Positions 1 to 12,692 of a stretch of 64,000 bases of DNA are shown here, piece after piece. The stretch lies in assembly GCA_951406725.2 (NCBI GenBank), contig OX597827.1:23808001-23872000 (forward strand), written 5' to 3'. The position numbers were made by a program, and so were the translations under genes. The stretch comes from Octopus vulgaris. Its lineage: Eukaryota. How positions within the stretch are numbered: the first letter of the stretch is position 1; each line of letters opens with the position of its first letter. Below the pieces are notes generated by a model. The model saw only the letters and a program-made list of their open reading frames with translations. It was not told where the DNA came from and did not search any database.

Positions 1-2563
1 CAGTCCCACTTCATGGTCCCTTGGGCAAGTGTGTTCTACCATAGCCTCAGGCTGACCGAAGCCTTGTCAGTGGATTTGGTAGACAGAAACTGAAAGAAGC
101 CCATCATGAGTGAGTGTGTGTGTGTGTGTGTATGCCTTACTCTCTGAGTACATCCCCAGTTACCTCCCTTTTTATAGTCTCCCTCTCTTCACATTAAACT
201 CTCTCCCTCATTTCAACCATCTGTTTGCTAAATTGTTGGAAATTAATGAAAGTCACAAAGTACCATTAATATTTATACCTTGTTATAAACTAAATAAATA
301 ACAAATGATATTTTGGAGGTGGTGGTAGTAGTTGTAGTAGCAACAAACTTCACTTTCGAGTTTGTCTTTAAATTCCTATGTTTGTCACCTTGCATTGTGG
401 TCAGTGTTGCTGACAGTGGTGATGATCATGTTGTGGAGTTTGTAGTATCAAAAAAGAAAGAGAGAATGACATGGTAGTGGCGGTGGTGGTGGTGCTGCTG
501 CTGCTGTTGATGTGGTAATGTTGTAGTATAGTAATCAGAACACTCCAAAGTCAGGGGGATGAGATGAGTTGAACTCGATGGGTTCACGTTAAACCATCAA
601 CATATTAAAGTGTTAATTAACCCTTGCCCAACTGATCCAATTTGATTGATTTTCATTCCATTTTGCACCCCGCAACAACAAAGGGTTGAGGCCTGTAGCT
701 TAGTGGTTAGGATGTCGGACTTGTGATGGTAAGATTGTGGTTTCAATTCCTGGATCAGGCGACATGTGTTAATGAGCAAAGCAGTTCATTTCACATTGCT
801 CCAGTCCACTCAGCCAGCAAGAGTGAGCAATCCTGCAATGGACTGACATCCCATCCAGTGGGAAATTTATACGCTTCAAAAGGATCTTTACTTATATCCT
901 TATCAACAACAAAGGGTTAATGTCAAACCGTCACCATAATGAAGTGTTAATAACCCTAATCCAATGGAAGTGGCTTATTGTGATCACATTTTGATGACAA
1001 TAATAAGCTGATAATACTAAGCAGAGGATCTAATAATATCTCTTACTTTTTTACCTGTTTCAGTCATTTGACTGTGGCTATACTGGAGCACCGCCTTTAG
1101 TCAAGCAAATTGACCCCAGGACTTATTCTTTGTAAGCCTAGTACTTATTCTATAGGTCTATTTTGCCAAACTACTAAGTTACCAGCATTGGTTGTCAAGC
1201 AATGTTGGGGGGACAAACACAGACACACAAACATATACTCACACACACACACACACACATACATGATGAGCTGTTTTCGGTTTCTGTCTACCAAATCCAC
1301 TCACAAAGCTTTGGTCAGCCCGAGGCTATAGTAGAAGACACTTGCCAAAAGTGCCACGCAGTGGGACTGAGCCCAGAACCATGTGGTTGGTAAGCAAGCT
1401 GCTTACCACACAGCCACTCCTGTAGTTGTTTCTATCAATTTTTTATCTTTTATCATTTACTTGTCTCAGTCATTAGACTGTGGCCATACTGGGGCACTGC
1501 CTTGAGGAATTTTAGTCGAATAAATCGCCCCCAATACATTTTTTTAACGCTGGTACTTATTCTATTGGTCTCTTTTGGTGAACTGCTAAGTTACCTGGAT
1601 ATAAATACACAAACACACACACACACACATATACAACAGGCTTCTTTCAGTTTCTATCTCAAGTTCATTCACAAGGCTTTGATTGGCTTGAAGCTATAGT
1701 AGAAAGCACCTACCCAAGATGCCCTGCAGCGGGACTGAACCTGGATCCATCTGGTTGGGAAGCAAACTTCTTACCTCACAGCCATTTTAGATAAAGAGCT
1801 GAGACCCACTAATTTTGATCCCCAAAGCTGTTTTGATGACATCAGATATTATATTAGTTAGAATTTACAGAAAGACAAAGACAGGTGTGTATGAACAACA
1901 AGCAGGTGTACTAGTTTGACACTCAGGAAAGTGAGAAAGTTTTTTACATTTCGAGCCTACACTCTTCAGCAGAAAGGAATAAGAGAAAATAGAGAGAGAA
2001 TAAAAAACTTGTGACTTCTTTGATATTCCTAATATATTGAACCTTCAGATCCTTTGCAGTGATACTGTCACACCCTTAAAATTAGTGTTACTTTCAAACA
2101 TAATCAAATATTACATATTGGGCCCCAACATTAAATGATTGCCTTCATAGATGAAAAAATGTAAATGAAAGATGCATTCAATTGGTATGTATTTTCTTGG
2201 TCCCAAGAGAATGAAATTTAAACTTCCAGAAGTAGGATTTGAACTCACGATGCAAAGGGAGATAACTTTTTGCTTCAAGTCAACGTTAAGTTTGACATGT
2301 GTCCTTCTTGGCTTAACTCTATCACAGCAAAATTAAATTTCATGTTTATTCCAGAAATTATGTTAAATATCTGCCAAAAATTAGAATTGATATTTTTCGC
2401 AAGTCACATTATCTGAACTAAAAGTAGATTGATATATGAAACTCTGAGTTGATAAATTTGATTTCCACTGTAAAAGAATTTCCACTAAAGTCTATTATAT
2501 GTGTAATGTCTGTGTGGAACAGTTGTAGTCTGAAATGTTCTTGATTTTTGTTTATTTTCTTAG

Positions 2564-2635
2564 GAAAAAGATAGAAGAATTGAATTAATCCAACACAGAA
2601 AAATGAAGAAGCGATTACGAAGATCTTTGGAAAAA
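2564..2635 (+). CDS. JAKMIP: JAKMIP-like exon ([24 protein letters not shown])
   Basis: ttattttcttag acceptor, AAA|gtgagt donor, 72 nt, phase 0/0. Basic segment that precedes the acidic SVDSE exon. Confidence 0.75.
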
Positions 2636-4545
2636 GTGAGTTGTATTTTATTCCCTACAGACTTTTAGGTCACTGTGGTCCTTTCATTTGGACTTTTGGC
2701 AAGTTACATCTTAGATACCCTGTTCACTTTATCATGACCTTATATCACTACATATCATACATCATCAGTCTACCCCACCCCAACACACTGGATGGCTTTT
2801 TAACCCACGACTACATCTTCTTGAAAAGCAGTTGTCTGAGATGCAAGCACTCTTTCAATATATTGTTCAGCCCACAAACTCTCGTGCCTCCCTTGCCAAA
2901 AGGGTTTTCACCAACTTTGTGAGATCCTTTAATGATCATCTCACCAATTGTTATGACATCAGAAGCCTTTATAATGACACCAGAGGTCTTTGCCTTGAAA
3001 GCTACTTGGCAGCTCTGCTGGTGCCATGTAAAAAGCACCAAGTACACTCTAAAATGTGGTTGACATTGGGAAGGGCATCTAGCCATAGAAACCATGCCAG
3101 AACAGACGATTCAGCCCATGCTAGCTTGGAAAACAGATGTTGATTGATGAGGATAATGAATTTAGTATTGTAATCAATAGCTTTCTGTCCTGACACCATT
3201 ACTGTGCTTATTAATAGAGCTCTCTCTCTCTCTGATCAACACTCTTACACTCACTGTTGCCATCTGCTGTCACTCTCTCTCTCTCTCTCCTATACAGATA
3301 ATAACTACTCTTCACTCCTTCCTCTTTTCCATTCACTATACATAGTGTTTAATATGAATGTATGTATATGTGTTTGTGTATTAGCAGAATGTTCTTTCAA
3401 ATATGAAGGTGTGTGTGACCTAGTTGTAGGATGTGGAGCATGATCAAATGGTCATGGGTCCAATTCTTTGACTGGGAATTACATTTTCTCCTTGAGCAAG
3501 GCACTTCATTTCATATTTCACCAGTTTACTGAAAATGGATTCTGGTCAATTGCTGGTGCAGCTCTCCCTTCATCCCATCCAGTTGTTGCTTGATGTTTCA
3601 GTCAGTCAGGAATGTCTGTGTTTCCTCCTATCTAAAACAACTGATGAAAGCATGACACAAGCTGCCCAATCACGCCCACTGCAAATGACAGATAAGCTTA
3701 TACTTTCAATGCGCATTACTACTATTAGTTTCATCATGTCTCTTCAGATAATGCTTAACAATCCAACTTCTTGTTATTTCTTTCAAGATAACATTATAGA
3801 TAAATGCTTTTGTTTATTTGTTTTACTGTGTTTCAATAGTGAGCTACTCTTGTTCATTGGCTGGTTATGTTGGTGTTGTTTGATTCTTCATCATTTTTTA
3901 GGCAATGCATCAATATGTTTGTATGCCTTCTGCATCTTCATTTGAGCTCTTCATTATATTTAATGGAATATTGGAATATTGCAGTAATAAGGTGGAATGC
4001 CACGTCTAAGAAATTGCCTGTATTGAGGTCACTACTTGTTATAGTCTATACATAAAAATTTCTGAATAGTTTGGTTAAGTCACTATAAATTCCTCTGATA
4101 ATGGTAATTAAGTCTGGAATATACATTCCAATTATGTTTGGAATTCCACAGAATCCATGGCTTCTGTGCTTACATCAAAGAAATCTGCATTATGCTTTTA
4201 CCATCCATATGATATCTATTTTGTATAATTTAATGTGCATGTATATATATTTATATATATTATAATATAATATATAATATATTTTTGAATTCTAACAGCA
4301 GTGCATCAGCATGGCTACATATATATGGTGGACTCTCTCATCGAAGACGATGAATGAGGGTTCAGTAAATAAGCTTAACTCCTAAGCCCTGTGACACCGC
4401 ATGTGTATCTTCAATAATAAAAAAAAAAAGCACACATCGTTGCGCCAAACCCCCGGTGCTATTGAGTGAAAATGGTTTACTGAACAACCGGCACTTTGAC
4501 TTATTTAAAGTGGTCATTGCTTGTGCTGAACAAAGCCCACTCTCT

Positions 4546-4586
<41 letters not shown>

Positions 4587-4757
4587 AGCTTCTACAGGAC
4601 TAGAACTGTTTCATTCAAGAGAAATCTTCAGGAAGATTTCTCTTGAATGAAACAGTTCTAGTCCTGTAGAAGCTCCTTCTATATAATAAATTAATTTTAC
4701 TCTGCTATGTATTGAGTACCTTATTTACTGTGGTTAACCCCGAATCAACCCGGGACC

Positions 4758-4795
<38 letters not shown>

Positions 4796-7700
4796 TATAT
4801 AATTTATTTATTTGTGTGCTAATTGGGGACCTGCAAGCTGTCATTTGCTAAGTTTATTTATTGAATAAGGGAGACTACTCTCTCTCTCTTATTCCTACTT
4901 AAGCACCTCGTACAATTGTAAGAGAAAATAAGTGATGACAATGAACAGAAAATGTGTTCTAGTTGAGTTTCCATATTTCCCTACAGGGATATCGTTAAGA
5001 TTTCTGTGTGAGTATTTGTGATGAAATGAGATTGCTAATTGTTACTAATTAGACTTGAAATAATATCTAAAGTAAAGCTGAAACGAAAAGGAATAGCATT
5101 TTTCTGTTGGAATTTCATGTTACTCCTGTTGGTACCTTAACATGTGAAGCAATGGGGTTATTTTTGGATATTTTCTTCGCTATTTTAGTTTGATATATCA
5201 ATATAGGTTTTCCAGGTTGCAAAGAGTGCAGTAAATTTGGTTGCATTTAAACCGATGCCTTGTCTAGGAACTACCAACTTAAGATATAGGTTCTATTGTT
5301 ATTTTCTGAAAATCACACATTGCTAGCCTAGTGCCGAATCTTCTTTGTAATGTTCTTGATGAAGGCAACCCATAAACTATTTCATCATACTCCTATATTC
5401 AATAACATTTTGGTTAATTTTGGATATGACAGGCTGCTTATTTAACTGATTTTTCCTGGCAGTTTCTATAAGTTTGGCCCTCTTAAGAGTGTGAACTTGC
5501 ATTTTGCTCTCACTTGGTTGTGATCCGATTTAAATTCTTAATTGTTTTATTAATTTAGTTATTAACAAATATCTTCTTTTCTGTAAATTTATAATTAAAG
5601 ATTTTCCTATATTTGTATGCGTAGAAATAATCATTTTTTTTAATACAAAAATGACGACAGGTTTTGCTGCTCATTTTTCTTACATTTGTCAAAAAGGGTA
5701 GAATACCCATTGACTTTCTGCAACGTTTCCATATATTGTGCCATTTATGTTTGCTATATCTAATGGTTCCTTAGAAAAACACCAGATTCCTGTTCATTGT
5801 TGTATATATTTGTCATATGAAATTGTGTTGCTCTGTTTGCTCAACTTGTTGGATAAATTACTAAGCATACACAGTTAATGGTTTGGAGTTCTTGCTTCTA
5901 TATTTTATATTGAATCATTGTATTTAAAGTATGGTTGGAATATTGCATTAATAAGGTGGAATGCAATGTCTAAGAAATTGCCTGTATTGAGGTCACTACT
6001 AACTGTAATCTGTGCATTAAAATGTTTGAATAGTTTGGTTAAGTCACTATAAATTCCTCCGATAATGGTATGGAACCTATTGTGAATTAAATCTGGAATA
6101 TAAATTCCAATTAAGTCTGGAATTCCAGACTTCTGTGCTTACATCGAAGAAATCTTCATTATGCTTTTCCCATCAAATGTCATCAGAAAAAAAAAGATCA
6201 GATTTCTTGCTTGCATTTTCATTTCTGTTTTGTGTTCAGTGAAATCTATGACCCTTAACAAAACAAGTTTAGTTTTATATGGGTGATATCCAAATATATC
6301 AGATTGAATAAATATGTATTGATTTTTTGGGGCGGTGGGGTACTGTAGAAACCAACTTGTAACTGGTATGCTTAAAATAAAAATAATATTGAACTTATTG
6401 TATACAATGATCAGGTGCACTACAGCCCTTCAGAAAAAGCAGCCAAAACTGCATGAATAGTACAAACACACACACACACACTCTCTCTAATCTAGTCTTA
6501 ATTACAAATTACAACCATGTTATATGTTTCAGTGTGCCAGCACCAATGGAGATGATGATGCTTGTTCTGTTGACTCCGAAGTATCAGTCTCCTCTCTACC
6601 CATGGACAATGGTACAGATGAAAACCAGCTGGATATTTGGGATGAGGTATGGACCCCTGATTTTTATTTACATCACCCAGTCACACTGTATCCAGCTTCA
6701 AACATGTCAACACTGTCTACATTCACATTTGTGACTCTTCATTCTCTCCCCATCTCTGCCTGACCCTTGCCCCCCCCCCCCCTCCTCTCTTTCTCTCATT
6801 CTTCCCTTTCACCTACCTTCCCCCCCTGCCACTGATTCTCCCCTTTAACCCCATGTTACATGCTCCACTCCCAAACATAAAAATATCTTCCTTCCATCAT
6901 TACTCACTATTCCACCTTCCTTCCTTTCTTTCTCTGTCACCATCGTCCCACTCCCCCCTCTTTCTCTCTCTGTATACATATATAATCTCATATAATATAT
7001 TTCTAATACATGTTTATCCCTTCCACCACAGTATGCTCGAGAGGAAATAGAACGTAGCTACCGTCAGTTGATGCGTGAACACTTAGAACTGAAAAAGTCT
7101 TACACGCTCCTTCAGGCACAAACTTCCAGTGCATTGGACCCAGAACGAGAATTGAAGGTAAGGCACAACACCATCCTGTCACTAATACCACCACCACCCC
7201 CACCTCTTGAATTAACCGTGTTGTATGTTTGTGTGTGTGGGGGGCATGTTGTTGTGTATGTGTGCAAGCAGAATGTGTGTGTGTGCATTGTGCCTCGTGT
7301 GGGTGTGTGCATTTAAGTTTGTGGATGCTAACATCAACACAACATCCACCCCAGCATCTCCATTCAACAACATCCACCCCAGCATCTCCACTCAACAACA
7401 TCCATCCCAGCATCTCCACTCAACAACATCCACCCCAGCATCTCCATTCAACAACATCCACCCCAGCATCTCCATTCAACAACATCCACCCCAGCATCTC
7501 CACTCAACCACATCCATCCCAGCATCTCCACTCAACAACATCCACCCCAGCATCTCCACTCAACAACATCCACCCCAGCATCTCCACTCAACAACATCCA
7601 CCCCAGCATCTCCACTCAACAACATCCACCCCAGCATCTCCACTCAACAACATCCACCCCAGCATCTCCACTCAACAACATCCACCCCAGCATCTCCACT

Positions 7701-10700
7701 CAACAACATCCATCCCAACATCTCCACTCAACAACATCCATCCCAGCATCTCCACTCAACAACATCCAACCCAGCATCTCCACTCAACAACATCCAACCC
7801 AGCATCTCCACTCAACAACATCCACCCCAGCATCTCCACTCAATGACAGCATCCACCCCAACATCTCCACTCAATAACAGCATCCACCCCACCATTTCCA
7901 TTCAACAGAATCTACCCAATCATCCCTGTTCTGTCAATACCCTACTGCTATTCTACTTGTCTCTCTTCTACTCCTTATAGTTATGTCGTACTCTGGAATC
8001 GGATCTCTTCGAAGCTCAGTGTAAAATTGAAGAACTGAAAGCTTTACTACAAACAGATGGTTTGGTAAGTTTTGGTTTGGCACTTTGAGAATTCTTGTAG
8101 CTCTGGTCAGACTGTAGCATTGTTGTAAAATGTCAAGCATAAGTTAAACTCAATGGTAGAGGTTGGTAGGACATCGAAGAGGGGTGTGTCTAATTGAAAT
8201 TGGGTTTGACTGTGGTGAAAGAAAAAAAGGAGCTAGGGTAAAGAAAGACTGCAAGAAATTCAGGGAATTGTTGTTACTTGGGAGTAAAGGATTTCCTTTT
8301 TTGGCATGGTGGATGTTGGACAGATCTACAAAATGATAGTTACATATAGGTGCAGGTGTGTCCATGTAGTAAGAAACTTGCTTCTCAACTACGTGGTTCT
8401 GTCATCTATTATAGCAATGGTTCCAAACCTGGGGTCTGCAGATCCCTGGTGGTCTGCAAAGGTAGTACTGGGGGTCCATGAACTAAATTCAGAATTTCAT
8501 ATACGTGCTAGTGGAGCGCTAAGAGCACCATCCCAGCATGATCGTTGCCAGAGCATTGAATGTAGATCTGTAGGCCAACAGTGGAATAAAAATGCAATGT
8601 GATTTTGAGTGAAGGTTGATTCTTGGTAACTGTGTTATCATGTAATGATGGTGAAGGATGTACTTAGCTTGGGACATTGAGAGAAGCGCTAGGATGAGAT
8701 CTCAGGACATTGGGAGGAATGGTAGGATGGGATCTCGGGACATTTGACTTCACAAATGAGGAGATACTGAATCTAAATATATAGCAATTTGTCATTTTTA
8801 TAGACTTATTCAACTTCTATGTCAGCCAGGGGGGAAAATGACATTTTAATAACAAGTATGTGTGATTTAGGGAAGGTTTGACTGCTGTTTCTAACAGATC
8901 GAGCAACTGCCTTCAGAGTCCCAATTGTTGGTTCAAGAATCAGATACACAAGTCATAAAGACTTATGAGTGACTTACTTGACCCACAGCAAAACCTAATC
9001 CAGAGATACTCAAAGGAGAACTCATGACTCTTCACAAAATTTGAGAATACCACAATATCTCACCTGAGAACAAGCCAACAAGAAAGCCTCAATGACATCT
9101 TTCGATTGGCTAGAAATAGCAGACAAATCTTCCTCAAATCATGTCTTACTATTTTTAAGAAGGAAAAAAAACATAGGGCACAATGCACAAGTTGAAGTAG
9201 TCTTGTATACAACTTGAATAAAAGGCTTACTGGTCATGGTTGGAACACCATAGATCATCTCTGACCTGGGGCTAAATAATATTACAATTAATTGCTTTGG
9301 AATAGGGTACCAACATCATTTTCGATTCCTGTTTGACAAGTGCTACCTCTCTCTCTTCATCCAGGAACCACGGCTACTTGAAGAAAAAGAGACTCTACAA
9401 TCAGCCAACATTGAAATGCAGAAAAAGGTAAGGTTATGTCTTCTGTCAAGCTGTGCTCTGCGTCACAGCAAGTTTCTTCCACTTTTGTGTGACTCTGTAG
9501 CTTTCCTGTGTCACACTTACACACTACACAATGTGTGTGTGTGTGTGTCTGCATATAGAAAGGCTGGTGGACAAGTATAGGGATTGTATGTGTTTGTATT
9601 ACACCGGCACATGTGCCAGGCAAGGCTGGCAACGGCCACGATTGGCACATAAAAAGCACCAACCGATCGTGGCACGTAAAAAGCACCCACTAGACTCACG
9701 GAGTGGTTGGCATTAGGAAGGGCATCCAGCTGTAGAAACACTACCAGATCAGACTGGAGCCTGGTGCAGCCTCCTGGCTTGCCAGACCCTGGTCAAACCG
9801 TCCAATGCATGCTAGCATGGAAAACGGACATTAAATGATGATGATGATGATTAGAGTGATACTTCTCTTCACATACAAGTCCACATACACACAGACATAC
9901 ACACACACACACACACAGAGGCTGAGGGAGAGAGAGAGAGCTTTGGATCAAGATGACATGTTTGTAAGGAATGAGTCTAGTTGATTGGCCAGACATTACT
10001 GCTACATACTTTGCCGACCTTTTAGTTTGTCTGCTAATAAGATCAATCTTAATAGCATTTCAACTGCGAACATCTGGAATAACAATAATCACAGCAAAGC
10101 ATCAGCCTGGTTTTTACTGTGTCTAGTAATACTCACACACACACACACACACACAGGCCTAGATGCAGGCAGGGTCGTGAGGTGAAAAAGTTTGCTTCCC
10201 AGCCATGTAATTTCAGGTTCAATCCCACTGTATGTCACCTTGGCCAAGTGTCTTTTACTGTAGCCCTGAGCCAACCAAACCCTCATGAGCAGATTTGGTT
10301 GGCTCAGGGCTACAGTAGATTTCTTTACTACCCACAAGGGGCTAAACATAGAGGGGACAAACAAGGACAGACAAAAGTATTAAGTCGATGACATTGACCC
10401 CGAAAGGATGAAAGGCAAAGACCTGAGTTCAAATTCCGCCGAGGTTGACTTTACCTTTCATCCTTTCGTGGTCGATTAAATAAAGTACCAGTTACGCACT
10501 GGGGTCAATGTCATCGACTTAATCCCTTTGTCTGTCCTTGTTTGTCCCCTCTATGTTTAGCCCCTTGTGGGCGATAAAAAAAATATACTGTAGTCCTGAG
10601 CCAACCAAACTCTCATGAGCAGATTTGGTAGACAGTATTGAGAATTCCCGATCAGCACTTTTCGGACGATTATGGTCCCTGTTAGTGTATATGTTTATAT

Positions 10701-10843
10701 TTATGTGTGTTGACTACAGCATTAGAGCATTTTAGCTCTTATTTCTAGCATTGTTGGTGTTTCCTAACACCCTAGTCACATTTAGAGATATTTGTAATTC
10801 TCCTTTTTGGTGATACATTGCAAACTGCTGTTTATATTAATTT

Positions 10844-10889
<46 letters not shown>

Positions 10890-12659
10890 ACATACACACA
10901 CACACACAGACATATATATATATATATACTCACACACACACAAAATTTAGAGGACAGCCTATATGCTAAACATAGACAGCGTCTATGCTAAACATAGATG
11001 TCAAATGTGTTCTCACATTCTTCGTGGTAATGCCAATTTGACGTCTATATCTAGCATATAGGCTGTCCACGTTTAGTGGTCAGTCCTCTAAATTTTATAT
11101 GTAAAACAATTTTTAATCTTCAGATTTTTTTAAAATATGCTAAGCCACTGGTTTTAATTGATTAATATCAATTTCTACCCTTATTTAATTTTATGTATAT
11201 ATATATGTCTGTGTATTTCCTCTTCTTTATATTGTGATGGGTGACCTTATTGTAAACAAGTGTCTCCGCCATAAAAGCGGTGCCATTTCCAATCTTTTGA
11301 ACAGATTTGATATTTTCTTGTGACCAGACATGTCTTGCTTTTGAAAACTAATGAGGTTTGGTGATAAAAAGGGCATCTGATCATAGACGACCTGCCTCAA
11401 CAAATTCTGTCTTGACCCATGCAAACCTGGGAAAGGTGGACATTGAAACAATGATGAGATATGAGAGAGAGATAGAGAGATGCAATGTGTGTGATTACAA
11501 ACTCTGAACTATGTTGTTGTTGTTGTTGTTGCTTTTGCAGTTGAAAAAGATGGAAGATAATGAGGGCAAGCTACAGGAAGATCTCTCAGAAGCCAGGGAA
11601 CAAATTGAAGATTTAGAATTTCGGATTCTAGAATTAGAGGAAAGTCAGAACACGGTGAGTTTAGTTTTACACAGAACTGCATTCCTGCACTGATGAGCAC
11701 TGACATGATATCATGCACACCCTAACATACTTACACACAATACATAGTATGCACACACACACACACACACACACATGCACACACATTGATTTACAAGTGT
11801 ATCCACATTCATAAATGTTTTCTTGTAAAATCAGTCTTTTGGGTTTATCCAGTATAGCTGTTGCTATGAAGCCCCATGCCTGTCTTAATTGGACAGACCT
11901 ATGATCAAAGGTTTTCCAACCATGACTGTCCCATCTTTTTCCACCTCTAACATATCTAGAATTACATCATTATTTAACAATCTACTTTCTTTAACACAGT
12001 TGTGTGTGACATTGGGAGAGATTTAGCTGTTATTTCCAGTAGATAAAACTAGTGTTGAGAGTGTATGCATATATATATATATACATATGTCTATATATAT
12101 TTGCGTATATATATATGTGTATATATGTGCGTATATATATATGTGCATATATATATATATATATATGTGTATATATATATGTGCGTATATATATATGTGC
12201 ATATATATATATATATATGTGTATATATATATGTGCATATATATATATGTGCATATATATATATATATATATGTGTGTATATATATATGTGCATATATAT
12301 ATATGTGTATATATATATATATGTGTGTGTATATATATATATGTATGTATATATATATATATCACGTGACAGACTAGGCTATCAGATGTTGCTACACATC
12401 GCTGGTCACAATGCGCTTCACATTGTTTTAGCCTTCAAATGACGGCACCCCGCTGGCTAAGCAAGCAGGCCAACAGAAGAAAGAGTGAGAGAAAGTTGCT
12501 GCGAAAGAGTACGGCAGGGATTGCCACCACCCCGTGCTGGAGCCTCATGGAGCTTTAGGTGTTTTCGCTCAATAAACACTCACAACGCCCAGTCTTGGAA
12601 TCGAAACCACAATCTTACGACTGCGAGTCCGCTGCCCTTACCACTGGGCCATTGTGTCT

Positions 12660-12692
<33 letters not shown>

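Noticed and set aside
7225-7980. 251-aa and 205-aa His/Pro/Gln repeat ORFs; CRISPR-like regular repeat
   Set aside because: A pure 28-bp tandem repeat with no unique spacers and no cas genes, inside a eukaryotic intron. The ORFs exist only because the unit lacks stop codons.
12023-12442. Multiple YIYI/HIYI ORFs
   Set aside because: Translations of an (AT)n compound microsatellite.
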